Assembly (NCBI GenBank): GCA_965240325.2 | Contig: OZ251239.1 | Location: 1,550,001 to 1,614,000, forward strand | DNA length: 64,000 nucleotides | Source: Rebecca billardiae RCC1528 | Taxonomy: Eukaryota > Protista > Haptophyta | Direction: 5' to 3' | Shown: one piece after another, positions 12,059 through 23,647 of the stretch | How the letters are laid out: the number at the start of each line of letters is the position of its first letter | Position numbering within the stretch: the stretch's first letter is position 1 | Translations under genes and position numbers: made by a program | Notes under the pieces: model-generated | What the model was told of the DNA's origin: nothing | Databases searched by the model: none | Seen by the model: the letters and a program-made list of their open reading frames with translations, nothing else

Positions 12059-12967
12059 ATAATAATAAGTCTGACGATATATCGAATACTGTGATGCCTG
12101 CCGGTGGGCACTCGACTACTCGTCGGTGATGAGTCGTCATATCGTCCGATAGCGCCGCTACGAGTACTACCGGAATGATCGAAGAGTATGAATAAGACTG
12201 CCGCCAGTCGTAGTAGTCGTCAGTAGAGCGCGCGCCACAGGGGCGGCTAATGAGTAATGGGCGCTGGCGGTGTCTGACTCAGTCAGTACCCCCGGCCGTG
12301 CCCGTGCGGAGGACGGTGCCCGCGTCGGTGGTGTGGGTGGCGGTTGGCGGCGCATCGGTACGGCTGGCGCTGCATCCGCCTACAGCCCGGCGTCCTAAGC
12401 TTGAGTGCCCGCCAGACTCGGCAGCGAGACGGAGGCCACGGCTCACGGCTGCGGCTGGAGCTACAGTACGCACGCATTGCAGTGCAGCGTTGGCGCGGCG
12501 CGCCCATTTGTCCGAGCTAGTCTGCCTTTGCCTTTTTGATGTAGCTCAGCCCCAGGCCCGCTGCCGACCATCATGCACCGGATTCATATTCGCGGCACTG
12601 AAATCGTCAGACCGGCGCACCGGTGGCGCGCAGCGCAGTCGTCAGTCGCTTCCGAGTCGTCACTCCGGATATGTTAAAGCAGCGCATGCTGACAACTGCT
12701 AGTTATTATCAGGCGCGTAGTCGCCCGTATTATTATGGGGCGGCGGGCGGGCCGCGACGGTCTGTATGATGTAGTCAGTGTAGCGATCACGATAGAGCGT
12801 GTCTAACATCGTCACAATGACCCGCGCCGGCCGGGGATGTAACGGGCCCAGCAGGAATACTTAGCAGCCGGATCCGGATCCGAATGCCATGATGCCTGTC
12901 GATCCCGCAGACAGCCAGCACGCCGCTGGTCGGCGTGCTGGCGCTGGCCGCGAGCTCTGCTGGCGCT

Positions 12968-13057
12968 GGATGCGGATGGCATATCAGCATGCGCGGCATC
13001 ATCAGATATGCCATCCGCATATCTGATGCTACGCATGCTGATATGCCATCCGCATCC
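12968..13057. other. 90-nt long hairpin / inverted repeat
   Basis: Perfect 26-bp outer stem (12968-12993 with 13032-13057), further inner pairing gcatc/gatgc and agatatgc/gcatatct, 5-nt loop. Confidence 0.9.
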
Positions 13058-13115
13058 TCCGCACGACGTCGTCGCAGCCGATGCGCTGGGCCCGGCATGC
13101 CGCACGCGCGCGAGA

Positions 13116-14540
13116 TCAGCACGGGAACACGTCAAAGCTCGCCACCGGCCCCGGCGGCGGCGCATACGGCTGCGCCGCCATCTTGGCTCCGATCTTGTGC
13201 GCGTCCTGCACAGTCAGCTCCGACTTTATGAAGTCGAACGCGGGCTCGGCGAGCTTGCCGCTGGCGCCGCATGCCGCGTAGAGCTGCTCGAGATCGTCGA
13301 TCGCCGCGGCGACGTCGTCCGCCGTCGGCACACCTCCGGCCACCGTGTTGTACAGCACGACAGTCACGGTCACGTGCTCGTGCGGGTTGCGCGTGGGTGC
13401 GGAGACAGCGAGCCCAGGCCACGTGTCATGCTCGGTGCCGCGCGAGACACGGGCGGCGTTGGACACGCCGCTGCGGCGCGAGCTGGCTGCGCGCCTGGAC
13501 TTGTCCTGCATCATCAGGTTCTTCGCCTCGTCCGCGTCCACGGAAAGGCACTCCCACTCGAGCTGGCTGCAGTCGTCGTCGCAGTCCTCCTCGTCCGACT
13601 CGTCGCAGCACGCGAATGACTCGTCGCAGCAGCCGCCGCTCAAGCCCTGCGCGCCAAAGGCTTCGGGGCTGCAGGGGGCGTAACACATGCCACGCGGTGC
13701 CCGCTTGATCTGCTGCAGCGGCACCTGCACCGTCATGAGCACGTTGAAACGCGTGCCCATGGCGCGCGTGCCGATCACGGAAGAAGTCGCCTTGCCCCGG
13801 CGCAGCGCGTCGGCGCGCTCGGCGCTCGACTCGAGCTGCGCGCCGCCCACCTTGTGGTCCGTGCGTTCCGCCTCGAGCCAGTAGCGGTGGATGACGCCGC
13901 TCTCGTCCACCGCGTGGTGGAACAGCCGCTTTGCGCCCGCGCCGTCCTGCTGCACCGCCACGCCCTGCGTGGTGCAGAGTAGCACGAGGTTTCTCGGGTC
14001 CGAGTCGTCCGTCGTGTTGTAGTTGTACGCCTCCGTGGCGAACTCGAGGGTGGCGCGCGCGTCGCCGCCGTCGATGGGTAGGAAGGTGGTCTGGAAGCGG
14101 ATGGACACCTCCGCGTCAAGCGCGGCGTCGGCGAGGTCCGCGCCCGCCGCGAGCCCCGCGTAGGCGCCGTGGGTGCCGATGCCCTTCAGGAAGTCACGCA
14201 GCGTGACCGGCGCGAGCGAGCCGCCCGGGGCGGTGTGGCCGGCGACGAGCGCGACGTCGGAGGCACTCACCTTGCCGAGCTTCTCGTTCCAGTTGTCCGG
14301 GCGCACGGTGAACAGGCGCGTGCCGTCCTTGCTCTTGAGGTACGTGTCGGTGATGTTGGCGCCCCAGCACGAGAGCGAGCCGCCAACGGTGCCGCGCGAC
14401 ACGTCATCCCACGAGACCACCTTGCACGAGTACTGCGCGTAGTGGCCGCCGCGGGAGCGGCAGGCCTCGTTGATGGCGACGAGCGTGTCGTGCGCGCTCG
14501 CGGCGGCCTCGCTCGCGGCGGTGTGCGTGTTCGGCGGCAT
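13116..14540 (-). CDS. Uncharacterised protein (~474 aa), intronless
   Basis: Long ORF with strong GC3 bias and globular composition (VSWDDVSRG..SCWGANITDT, RPDNWNEKLG); internal Cys/acidic patch. Function not recognised. Confidence 0.8.
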   Translation of the reverse strand: MPPNTHTAASEAAASAHDTLVAINEACRSRGGHYAQYSCKVVSWDDVSRGTVGGSLSCWGANITDTYLKSKDGTRLFTVRPDNWNEKLGKVSASDVALVAGHTAPGGSLAPVTLRDFLKGIGTHGAYAGLAAGADLADAALDAEVSIRFQTTFLPIDGGDARATLEFATEAYNYNTTDDSDPRNLVLLCTTQGVAVQQDGAGAKRLFHHAVDESGVIHRYWLEAERTDHKVGGAQLESSAERADALRRGKATSSVIGTRAMGTRFNVLMTVQVPLQQIKRAPRGMCYAPCSPEAFGAQGLSGGCCDESFACCDESDEEDCDDDCSQLEWECLSVDADEAKNLMMQDKSRRAASSRRSGVSNAARVSRGTEHDTWPGLAVSAPTRNPHEHVTVTVVLYNTVAGGVPTADDVAAAIDDLEQLYAACGASGKLAEPAFDFIKSELTVQDAHKIGAKMAAQPYAPPPGPVASFDVFPC

Positions 14541-14695
14541 GGGTGGTGGGGCGGCCGGAGGACGTCGGCAGGTCGTGTGCGTCAACAGTGTGGTGCCCGG
14601 TCAGAGCCCGCCTGACAAGTCCACCGGAAGCGGTGCCTCCCCGGTCCGGGTGGCCTCCGTTGGCGCTTCAGAAGTCCGGACACGCTCCTTCGAGC

Positions 14696-15796
14696 ATGGC
14701 GACGGTCGTTGGCCGTACCCTGTTGCCCACGCTGCTGCTCGCCGCGCTGCTGAGCGACGGGGCGAAGGGCGAGGGCGAGGGCGATGCAACGCCGTGGAGC
14801 TTTGCCATCGACGCGCCCGACTGGCACGAGCCGGACTGGTCGGAGCTCGATCGGCTCGGCTTCCTCGTCGTGCGCGGCTGGGTCCGAAAGGACGTGGCGG
14901 AGTGGAGCCGGCAGCTGGGCGACAACTGGCTCAAGAACGGGCTCACGTCCGAGCCCTTGCCGTACTCGTGGGCGCCGCACTCACCCGCCACGGCGAGCAC
15001 CGAGGCCGCGGTCGAGCGCCTCCTCCGCGCGATCCGCGCGTCGCCGCGCACGGCCCTGCGGCCCGACACGATCGTGCACTTCAACAGGAACGCGCCGCGC
15101 GGCTCCCCGGCGTGGAGGCCCAACTGCACGTCCGGGCTGAGCTACTACTTCCACAACGGCCAGCCGCCCAACGGCGTGCGGCCGCAGCCCAGGTTCTCCT
15201 TCCACACCGACATGCTCACCGCGTGGGGGCGGTTCATGCCCCCGCGCGGAGGGTCTGACCTGCTCAACTTCTACATGCCGGTGCTCAAGCCGAGGAGGGA
15301 GGACGCCAACCTGCTCGTGCTGCCCTGGCCATCGGTGCCCGAGGCCGAGCAGCGCTGGCTGCGCGGACGCCTCGGCCGCATCTACATCCCGCAGAAGAAC
15401 GACTCGTCGCGCTTGCTCGAGAAGCACGACTCGAGCTGCAAGCGAGGCTGGGACGCGCTCGCGCCGACCGGCCGGTCGCTATCGAGCTGGGTGCTGAAGA
15501 AGAGGAGCGTCTCGCCGGCGCTGGCGGCGGGCGACCTGCTCGTCCTGCTCGGCGACACGCTGCACGCATCGGGGCCTGGCGACCCGGAGCGCTTCCGCCT
15601 CGCGCTCTCGATCCGCGCGAGCTCGCTCGCTTTCGAGCTCGGCGCTGAGCGCGGGCGTAGGCGGCGCGCGATCTGCCTGAAGGGCACCGGCAGGCCGTTC
15701 CCCGCAATCACGTGCAAGCAGGGCGGCCGCGCGTTCACGGTAGACACGAGCTACGCCGACGACGCGGACCTGACCCTCGACGACTACGCGCGCTAG
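14696..15796 (+). CDS. Secreted PhyH-like Fe(II)/2-oxoglutarate dioxygenase
   Basis: Signal peptide; HxD (FHTD); GDLLVLLGDTLHASG with distal His; RLALSIR. Confidence 0.7.
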   Translation: MATVVGRTLLPTLLLAALLSDGAKGEGEGDATPWSFAIDAPDWHEPDWSELDRLGFLVVRGWVRKDVAEWSRQLGDNWLKNGLTSEPLPYSWAPHSPATASTEAAVERLLRAIRASPRTALRPDTIVHFNRNAPRGSPAWRPNCTSGLSYYFHNGQPPNGVRPQPRFSFHTDMLTAWGRFMPPRGGSDLLNFYMPVLKPRREDANLLVLPWPSVPEAEQRWLRGRLGRIYIPQKNDSSRLLEKHDSSCKRGWDALAPTGRSLSSWVLKKRSVSPALAAGDLLVLLGDTLHASGPGDPERFRLALSIRASSLAFELGAERGRRRRAICLKGTGRPFPAITCKQGGRAFTVDTSYADDADLTLDDYAR

Positions 15797-16164
15797 ATGG
15801 GTGCGGGCGCCGGCCGCCGCCCTTAGACTCAAGCCCGCGCACCCGCTCGGCATCACGGCTGGCTAACGTGACTGACGGGCTCAGTGACGCCGCGCGGCCT
15901 CAGCACTGCAGTCAGTATAGTAGCAGGCAGTAGTGTTCGTCACTACGACTACTACTGTTTGCGCGGACGGATGCTATACGACTGCTGCGCTCAGTCGGCT
16001 CAAGTGGCGCGGCCTCCGAGTCGGCCGCGATCATCGTCGCCATCGCTGCCGCCAGACCATCACGCGACACTCGTCTTGATCGATCGTCGACGAATCAGTT
16101 GATGCGTGCGAGTCTTGAGTGACCGCCGGTCGGTCGGCCGAGCCACGACTACGTGCCGTAGTCG

Positions 16165-19100
16165 TCAGGCGGTAGTGGGCCCCCCGCCGCCGCCTGGCGG
16201 CATCGTCGTCGTCGACGACGACGGCGGGTCGGCAGAGTCAGACGGCTGCTTGGCCTCGGCCGCCTTCGCCTGCTCGCTGCGCCACGCCATCGCGAGCACG
16301 GCGGCGATGCCCTTGAGGCTGGGCTTGATGCGCAGCGTCTTGCGCATCACCTCGCGCTCGACGCGCGAGTTGGTCTCGGCTGTCTCGAGCTGCGCGGTGA
16401 CGAGCTTGCGCACGGCCGAGTCTGCTCGCACCACGTCCTCGGGCACGATGAAGGTGCTGGACGCGCTCTCGCCGCGGCGGCGGAGGGCGGCGCGCGAGCC
16501 GGCGGCGGCGGACTGCGCGGTGGGCGCGGTGGGTGCGAGCTGCTTTGTGTTTGCCAGCACGGTGTGCAGGAAGGCCTCGGGGAGGAGCGCGTCGCCCACG
16601 TTTGGGTCGAGCTGCTCCGAGACCGTCTGCACGACCACGAACAGCTCCTCCACGTGCGGCTGCCGCAGGTGCGGGTACAGCCGCGTGCACAGCTCGTGGA
16701 ACTCGCCGAGCGAGAGGACGCCGTCCTGGTTGGCGTCGACCGCGCGGAACGCGGCGAGCAGCTGCTGCCGACTCTCCTGCGGGGGGGGGGAAGGGGCGGG
16801 CGCGCGGCGGCGGCGGCGGCCGGGGCGGCCGTATGTGGTCAATGTCAGGCGCTGCGCGCGCGCTCGGCCGCTTTGCTTCTCCGCCCGCGTGCGCGCGCGC
16901 ACGTGTATGGTGAGGTCGTACGCCTCCATCGTGCGGCGCATCACCACGTCAATGTCCACCTGCACGCCGCGCGTGTGCCCGCCCACCACGTGCGGCGTCG
17001 CCACCTCGTCGATGAACTCGGCCAGCTCGTCCGAGTGCTCGGCGAGCTCCTTTGCGGAGCAGATGATGCGCGTGACGGGCGCGGCGGGGTAGTTTGGCAC
17101 GAGCAGCGCGCCGTCCTCCGCGGAGAGCTGGCCGAGCAGCGGGTCCTCCGCCTCGCCCGGCGGCTGCGGCCCGAGCGCGCTCGCGGACGTGCGGCGGGAG
17201 GGCCTGCGCGGGCCGAGCAGGTTGCGCAGCAGCTGCGGCGCAAAGGGGGGGAGGAAGGGCGGGGGGGCGCGCGGCGGGGGCGCGTGGGTGCACGCGTCCG
17301 CGCCACACGGCTTGGGGCAGGCGCGCGCGCGGGGTGCGTGCGTCCGCGCGCACGTCAAAGAAGAATGTGATGCGCCCCTCATCGTACTCGCTGTCCCTGA
17401 GCACGCCCAGCAGCGAGGCGAACATGTGGCAGCGCGCGGATGCGGGCGCGTGCACGCGGCTCGCCTCGAGCAGGTCGCGCAGCGCGCGCGCCGCGGTGGA
17501 CTTGAGCCCGTGCAGCGCGAGCAGCTGCATGTACACAAACTTGCGGAACGGCGTGGCGCGCGCGAACGCGCCGGCCGACGACTTGGCGGTGAAGGAGAGG
17601 CCGCGCAGCCGCTCTGCGTACAGACGGCCTATCGTGCCAATCACCTCGGCCAGCGGCAGGCGGCGCGCGGGGCCGGAGACGGCAGAGGTCCAGCGCTGCC
17701 AGACGTTGGACGGGCGGTGGGCCCACGCGAGCGGGCGGTCGTCGTCGGCGCCGCCGCCGCCGCCCGCCGCGGGGTCGAGCGAGGCTGAGCGCCCAACGCC
17801 CGGCTCGGCGCCCGCGGGCGCGCCCGCGTCGCCCTCCGCTTCGCCAGCGCCCTCCGCTGCCGCGCGCTCGCCCCACAGCTCGTCCTCCTCGACCTGTGCG
17901 CCCACCTCGGCGGTGGAGGTCTGCTGCCGCTGCAGCCGCACGCGCTCGGCGCGCGCCTTCTCCTCCGCCTCGATCTGCGCGAGCACCGGGTCGGGGCTCT
18001 GCGGGTCGGCCAGCAGCTCGGCCTCGTCGAGCAGCGGCCGCATCAGCTGCACCTCGCGCCCGCGCATCTCGGCGCCCATCGCGTCGAAGACGGCGAGGCG
18101 GGCCTGCTCGTCGAGGCGGACGATGACGTGCATGGCCATGCGCTCGGAGGTGCCCGGCGCGCCCGCCTCCCACGCGCGCAGCACGCACTGCGCCAGCCGG
18201 TGCATCTCGGGCCCCTCCCGCGGCAGCCGGTGCAGCAGCGCCGCCCAGCCGCCGCTCAGGTTGAGGCCGGGCATCGTCGCCTTGTACACCTCGGCGGGCT
18301 GCACGAGCGCGCAGTTGGCGTGGAGCACCATGCAGCGGGAGGGGCGCTCGAGGCGGAAGAGGCACGAGGCGAGCACGGCGAGCGTCTCGTCCAGCGCCAC
18401 CTTCTCCCCGCGCAGCAGCGAGTACACCGCCAGCTCCCGGTCGGTGCCGAACAGGCCTTCCAGCCGCTCGAGCACGCGCCGCACGCAGCGAGCGTCTGTC
18501 TGCTCGGAGAGGGCGAACTTGTCGAGGACGGTGGAGGTCATCTTCTCCTCGACGCGGCGGTGGAGCGAGCGCGCGGTGGCGCCGAGGCCCTGCAGCTCGA
18601 TCGCGAGCCGGCCGATCGTGTGCTCCGCCTCGGCCAGCAGCGTCTCGAGCTCGTGCAGCCGCGCCAGCCGCGACACGCCCGAAGCGACCGCCTGCCGGTA
18701 CGCGCGCCGCAGCCGGCCGAGCAGCATGCCGCGCTCGGCGGTGTGCACGAACATCTGGCGCGCGAGCTCGGACATCACGCGGTCGGCCATGTCGAGCGCG
18801 TCGTCCTCGAGCGACGCCTGCGCGTGCGCGGTGAAGTACGGGTCGAGCGCGCGGTCGAGCATCCTGCTCAGCTTCTCCGCCTCCGAGCGGTTGGACGGGC
18901 GCGTGGCCGGCTGCACGCGCAGCACGTCGGCGGAGGTGCGCGTGGGCGGGGCGCGCGAGAGGACGCCGACGGAGCGCGCGCGTGAGCCCGCCAGGTAGAT
19001 GTGCGTCTCTTGGTCGAGCACCTCGTTCCACGCCGACGCCAGGTCGGGCGGCGGCTGGCCGCTCGAGTCGGGCACCGCGCCACGAACCGCCGCCTCGCGC

Positions 19101-19428
19101 GCGTGCGTCACCGGCTCGTCAAAGGCGCGCGAGGCGCGCGGCCGAGCGCCGCCGCCCGCGCCGCCGCCGCCCGCCGACGCGGAGGTGGACGGCCGGCCGG
19201 CGGCGGGCGAGCGGCGCGCGCCACCGCCCGCGCCGCCGCCGCGCGGCCTGCCCGCCGGCGCCGTCGACGGCGGCTTGGGCAGCGGCGAGCCCTGCCTGAG
19301 GGCAAACCGGGCCCACGGCGGGCTGCCTGGGGGCAGCTCGGGCGGCGGCGGCTGCGCGGCGTCCTCGGCGGCGGTCTGTACCGTCGCGGACGAGGGCGCG
19401 CTCACGAGCGGCGGCGGCACCGCCCCCG

Positions 19429-19490
<62 letters not shown>

Positions 19491-19825
19491 TGCAGATAGG
19501 AGGAGGAGGGGGTGGTGGTGCTCGAGGCGGTGTGCGTGGTGGTGTGCAGGGTAGACGACGAGCTCTGCTCCAGCCGCACGCCGCGGCCCCACCGGCTCGG
19601 GCTCGGCGTCGCGCGCACGAGCTGCGCGCGCGGCGCCGCCGTGTCGAGCATACGCGGGCGCAGGAGCCGGCCGCCGCGCGCGCCCGCCGCTCGCCGGCCG
19701 GCGAGCGGCTGCTCCGGCGCGGTGGTCGGGCGGAGCTGGGCCGCGCCGCGCGGGTGGAGACGGTCCGTCAGCCACGGCGCGACCGCCTCGAGGTCGGCCG
19801 CGCTGTGCGTCGGCGCGTAGGACAT
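16165..19825 (-). CDS. Axonemal dynein light chain-domain protein with C-terminal EF-hand; 3 exons, introns 17233-17353 and 16777-16902
   Basis: ELARQMFVHTAERGMLLGRLR resembles the p28/Ax_dynein_light core; EF-hand DANQDGVLSLGEF; polyA/polyQ N-terminal region. Confidence 0.72.
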
Positions 19826-20047
19826 CTTGCGCGCCCCGCCGCCAGTGGCGCCAATCGACGTTTCCTCAGTGTAGGCGGGCGAAACCACCTCGTCCAGCCA
19901 AAGGAAGAACAGCTGAGCACGAAAAGCAAGCTGGCTTTTTATTGCCTTTTTCCCCGCCGCAGCGCGGGAAAATCACGCGGGGCAGCCCTGGGCACACGGC
20001 ACACGACGCGGCACGTAGCAGCCCGTCGCGTCGGCGCGCCCGGCACG

Positions 20048-21724
20048 ATGGCGAGCGATGGCGGCGGCGCGGAGCAGCAGGTGATCGTCCGGCTCGTCTC
20101 CGAGCTGCCCGAGCTGCAGGTCGCCGACGAGCCCCTCGAGATCCCCGCCAAGCTCACGCGCTTCGGCCTGTCCGAGCTCGTGAATCATCTGCTCGCGCGG
20201 AGCCCGCCGATTCCGTTCGACTTCCTCGTGGAGGGCGAGCTGCTGCGCACCTCGCTGCGCAAGCTGATGCTGCTGCGCAGCATCTCCGGGGTGCGTGGCG
20301 GCCGCGCCCCCCTGCGCGCGCGCGCCGCGCGCCGCCCCTGCCTGCCGGCGTGCCGCGCGGCTCGCGCGCGCGCCGCGCTCACTCGCGCGCGCGCGCGATC
20401 CGCGCTGGCACGCCGGCGCGCGGCCTGGCGCGCAGGAGTCGGCCGTGGAGCTGCGCTATTTCCCGATGCTGCAAGAGCCCGAGCAGGCCGTCGAGCGGCC
20501 GCACGAGGACTGGGTCTCCGCCCTCCACAGCCGGGGCAGGTGCGCGCGCGCGGGCGCGACATCGGCAGGCGCCCTCGCACGGGCGAGGCGCGCCGCACCG
20601 CTCCCGCGGCCACACGCGCGCCCGCCCGCCCGCGCGCCCGCTGCGGCGGCCCGCACGCCCGCAGGCTCGTGTCGACCGGGAGCTATGACGGCGTCGTGCG
20701 CATCTGGGACGGCGAGCGCGTGCACGCGCTCATCCCCGCGCACGGCGCGCCGGTGAAGGCGGTGGCGCTGCTGGCCGCAGCGCACGGCGCGGCCGGCGGC
20801 GCGCTCGCGGACGATGCGGACGGCGACGCCTTCGGTGCGGACGGCGAGGGGAGCGTGCTCGTCGCGTCGGCGTCGCAGGACGGGACGGTGCGCGCGTGGG
20901 CGGTGGACGCGCGCGGCGAGAGCGTCGCGGCCGGCGTGTGCGCCGGGCACGAGGGCTCAGTCAACGCGCTCGCCGCGGCGGCGGCGCCGGGCGGCGGCGG
21001 CGGCGGCGGCGCGCGGCTCGCCAGCGGCGGCTGGGACGGGACGGTGCGGCTGTGGGAGCTGGGGGCGAGGGCGGGCGGCGCGGCGGCGGAGGCGGCGGCG
21101 CACGCGGGCGCGACGCCGCGCGAGCGGAAGCGCGCGCGCAAGCCCGAGCCCGCCGCGCCGCCGCCGCTCGCCGCCTCCGCAGTGCTGCGCGGGCACACGC
21201 AGCCGGTCTCGGGCGTCGCGTGGGCGGGCGCGGAGCCGGGCGGCCGGCTGCTGAGCTGCAGCTGGGACGGCAGCGTGCGGCAGTGGGACGTGCTGGGCGC
21301 GCAGTGCGTGGCGAGCGTGGGCAGCGTGAAGGGCGCGCTCGCGCTCTCCGCCGCGCACGCCGACCCCACGCGCGTCGCCACCGCGCACGACAACGGCGCC
21401 GTCCAGCTGTGGGACCTTCGGGCCAAGCCGAGCGAGGCCGCGACCGCACGGCTGGCCGCACACGACGGCTGGGCGAGCGCCGTGGCCTTCTGCGCCGCCG
21501 CGGAGCACCAGCTGCTCAGCGCGGGGCACGACGGCGCGGTGAAGCTGTGGGACGCGCGCGGGCGGCTCCCGCTGCACACGCTCGCCGAGCACGCCGACAA
21601 GGTGCTCTGCACCGGCTGGGGCGGCGCAGACGGCCGCGAGATCCTCAGCGGAGGCGCCGACTGCAAGCTGCTCGCGCGCGCGCTGCCGCCGGCACACGCC
21701 GAGAGCCTCGCGCAGAGCCGGTGA
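20048..21724 (+). CDS. WDR12: Ribosome biogenesis protein WDR12/Ytm1; 3 exons, introns 20291-20435 and 20540-20664
   Basis: NLE domain LTRFGLSELVNHLL...PIPFDFLVEGELLRTSL; HEDWVS; TGSYDG; WD40 repeats ending HADKVLC...SGGADCKL. Confidence 0.93.
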   Translation: MASDGGGAEQQVIVRLVSELPELQVADEPLEIPAKLTRFGLSELVNHLLARSPPIPFDFLVEGELLRTSLRKLMLLRSISGVRGGRAPLRARAARRPCLPACRAARARAALTRARARSALARRRAAWRAGVGRGAALFPDAARARAGRRAAARGLGLRPPQPGQVRARGRDIGRRPRTGEARRTAPAATRAPARPRARCGGPHARRLVSTGSYDGVVRIWDGERVHALIPAHGAPVKAVALLAAAHGAAGGALADDADGDAFGADGEGSVLVASASQDGTVRAWAVDARGESVAAGVCAGHEGSVNALAAAAAPGGGGGGGARLASGGWDGTVRLWELGARAGGAAAEAAAHAGATPRERKRARKPEPAAPPPLAASAVLRGHTQPVSGVAWAGAEPGGRLLSCSWDGSVRQWDVLGAQCVASVGSVKGALALSAAHADPTRVATAHDNGAVQLWDLRAKPSEAATARLAAHDGWASAVAFCAAAEHQLLSAGHDGAVKLWDARGRLPLHTLAEHADKVLCTGWGGADGREILSGGADCKLLARALPPAHAESLAQSR

Positions 21725-22182
21725 GGAGGATGGCACTCGGCGCGGCACGACGCGCGCCGGCACGGTGCCCGTCATGGGCATCCCCCCGGTCGTCGCGTCA
21801 GCGCGCCGCCGCCGCCGACGGGTCTCTGAGTCTGGCCGGAGTCGGCCCAGGGCCGACGGTAGCGTATAGCCGCGCGGCCATGATGGGCGGTCTTCGTCGG
21901 GTGCGCTGCGCTGGGAACTGATATGACGACGCGATGATGAGTATAGTCTGAGGACGATCGGCTGTACGAGATCGGCCGGTCGCGGCAACGACGACAGCGC
22001 AGTATAGTCGTATATAGCATCATCACGCGTCGTCGCCACTATTACGTACACTGTGCGCGCTGACACTACTGATCGGCTCAAGCGAGCCGCATCAGCGATA
22101 TATATCGAGCAGTGACAGCAGTAGCAGTACATACAGCAGCAGCAGCAGCAGCAGTCCTCGTCAGACTCTGACGTCAGAGTCG

Positions 22183-23571
22183 TCAGACGACAATCCAGCT
22201 GGTCGCGGCCTTGAGCGCGCTCCCCGCCGCCTCGGCGCGCATGCCGTGGATGTGCGCGGAGAAGGAGGAGCGAGCGTCCCCCAGGAAGAGCGCGGCGCGC
22301 GCGCACACCAGCTTCTCCGCCATCGCCGCCTCGAACGCGAGCTCGCGCGCCGAGAAGCCCAGCGCGCCGCCCGCGCTGCCGTTGGGTGCGTACACGTCGA
22401 CAAACGCCGACACGGCGAGCGGCGCGCGCGCCAGCCGACCCAGCTCTGCGCGCAGCGCGGCCACGTTGCGCACGCCCGCGCCCAGGTCGATGCGGCCGCG
22501 CGGCAGGGAGGCATGCGGCGGCGTGATCACGAGGAGGGAGCGCACCGCGCCGCCCGCCGCGGAGGCGTCCAGCTCCCTCACCACCGCCGCGGCGATGGCT
22601 GCCGGACTGACGAGGCGCTGCGAGCCGCCCCCGTGCAAGTCGCCGGTGCGCCAGTGCACGCACGCGTAGGGCGCGCGGAGGCCGTGCGCGCGGATGGCGC
22701 GCTCGAGGCGGAGCGCGACGGCGCGCGCCGGCGGCGTGAGCGGCGGGTGGCTGCACAGCTGGAAGAAGGGCGCCAGCCGCAGCTTGTACCGCAGGTCGAA
22801 CGCGTTGGCAACGAAGATGTCGCCCCCTCGCGCCTCGCGCAGCACCTCACCCACCCAGGGCCAACGCCCGCCGCCGCCGCCGCCGCCGTCGACGCCGCCG
22901 CCGCCGCCGCCGCCGTCGCCGCCGCCGCCGCCGTCGCCGCCGGTTGCACTCGCGTTTGAGTTGGAGTGGTGCGGTGGCGGCGCGGGGCGCATATACGGCA
23001 CGCGCGCGGCCGACGGCGGGTGCAAGGGCACGAACCACCGCCCCTCCACCGGCACGACGTGCACGGCGCGCAGCCGCACCGCACCGGGCGGCAGGCCACT
23101 GCCCGGCGCGTCGCGGCCACACGCCGCAACGTCGCACGCGCCATGCTCATTGTGCGCGCCCACGCCGTGCAGGTTGAGGCAGAGAGCGGTGGCGGCGGGC
23201 GCGCGCGCGCGCGGCCCGCCGGCGTCGACGCGCAGGGCATCTTCCGCGCGGATGGCCGGCGGCGGGCCGCCCTCCGCGCCGCCGGCCGCGCGGCCGGCCG
23301 CAGGCGTCGTCAGCGCGGAGCAGCGGCCGAGCGGCTGCGGCTGGAACAGCTCGAGGGCGGAGGGCAGCCGGCGCCGTTGGCCGCGCACGAAGGGCAGGCG
23401 CATGCCGCCGCACGGCGGCACGACGAGCTGGCGGCCGAGGAGCTCGGCGAGGAACCGGCCCATCTCGAGGGTGTAGAAGCAGTTCGACGCCTGGCCCGAG
23501 TCGGCGCTGAGGAAGAGCCGCGGCCACACGGACGCGCCCCGCTCCGAGCCCCGCTCCGAGCCCGGAGCAGC

Positions 23572-23647
<76 letters not shown>

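Noticed and set aside
17094-18998. Long Arg/Ala/Ser-rich ORFs overlapping real genes, here and throughout (e.g. 22966-24996, 61329-63440)
   Set aside because: Expected from stop-codon scarcity at very high GC; no motifs; antisense or alternate frames of supported genes.
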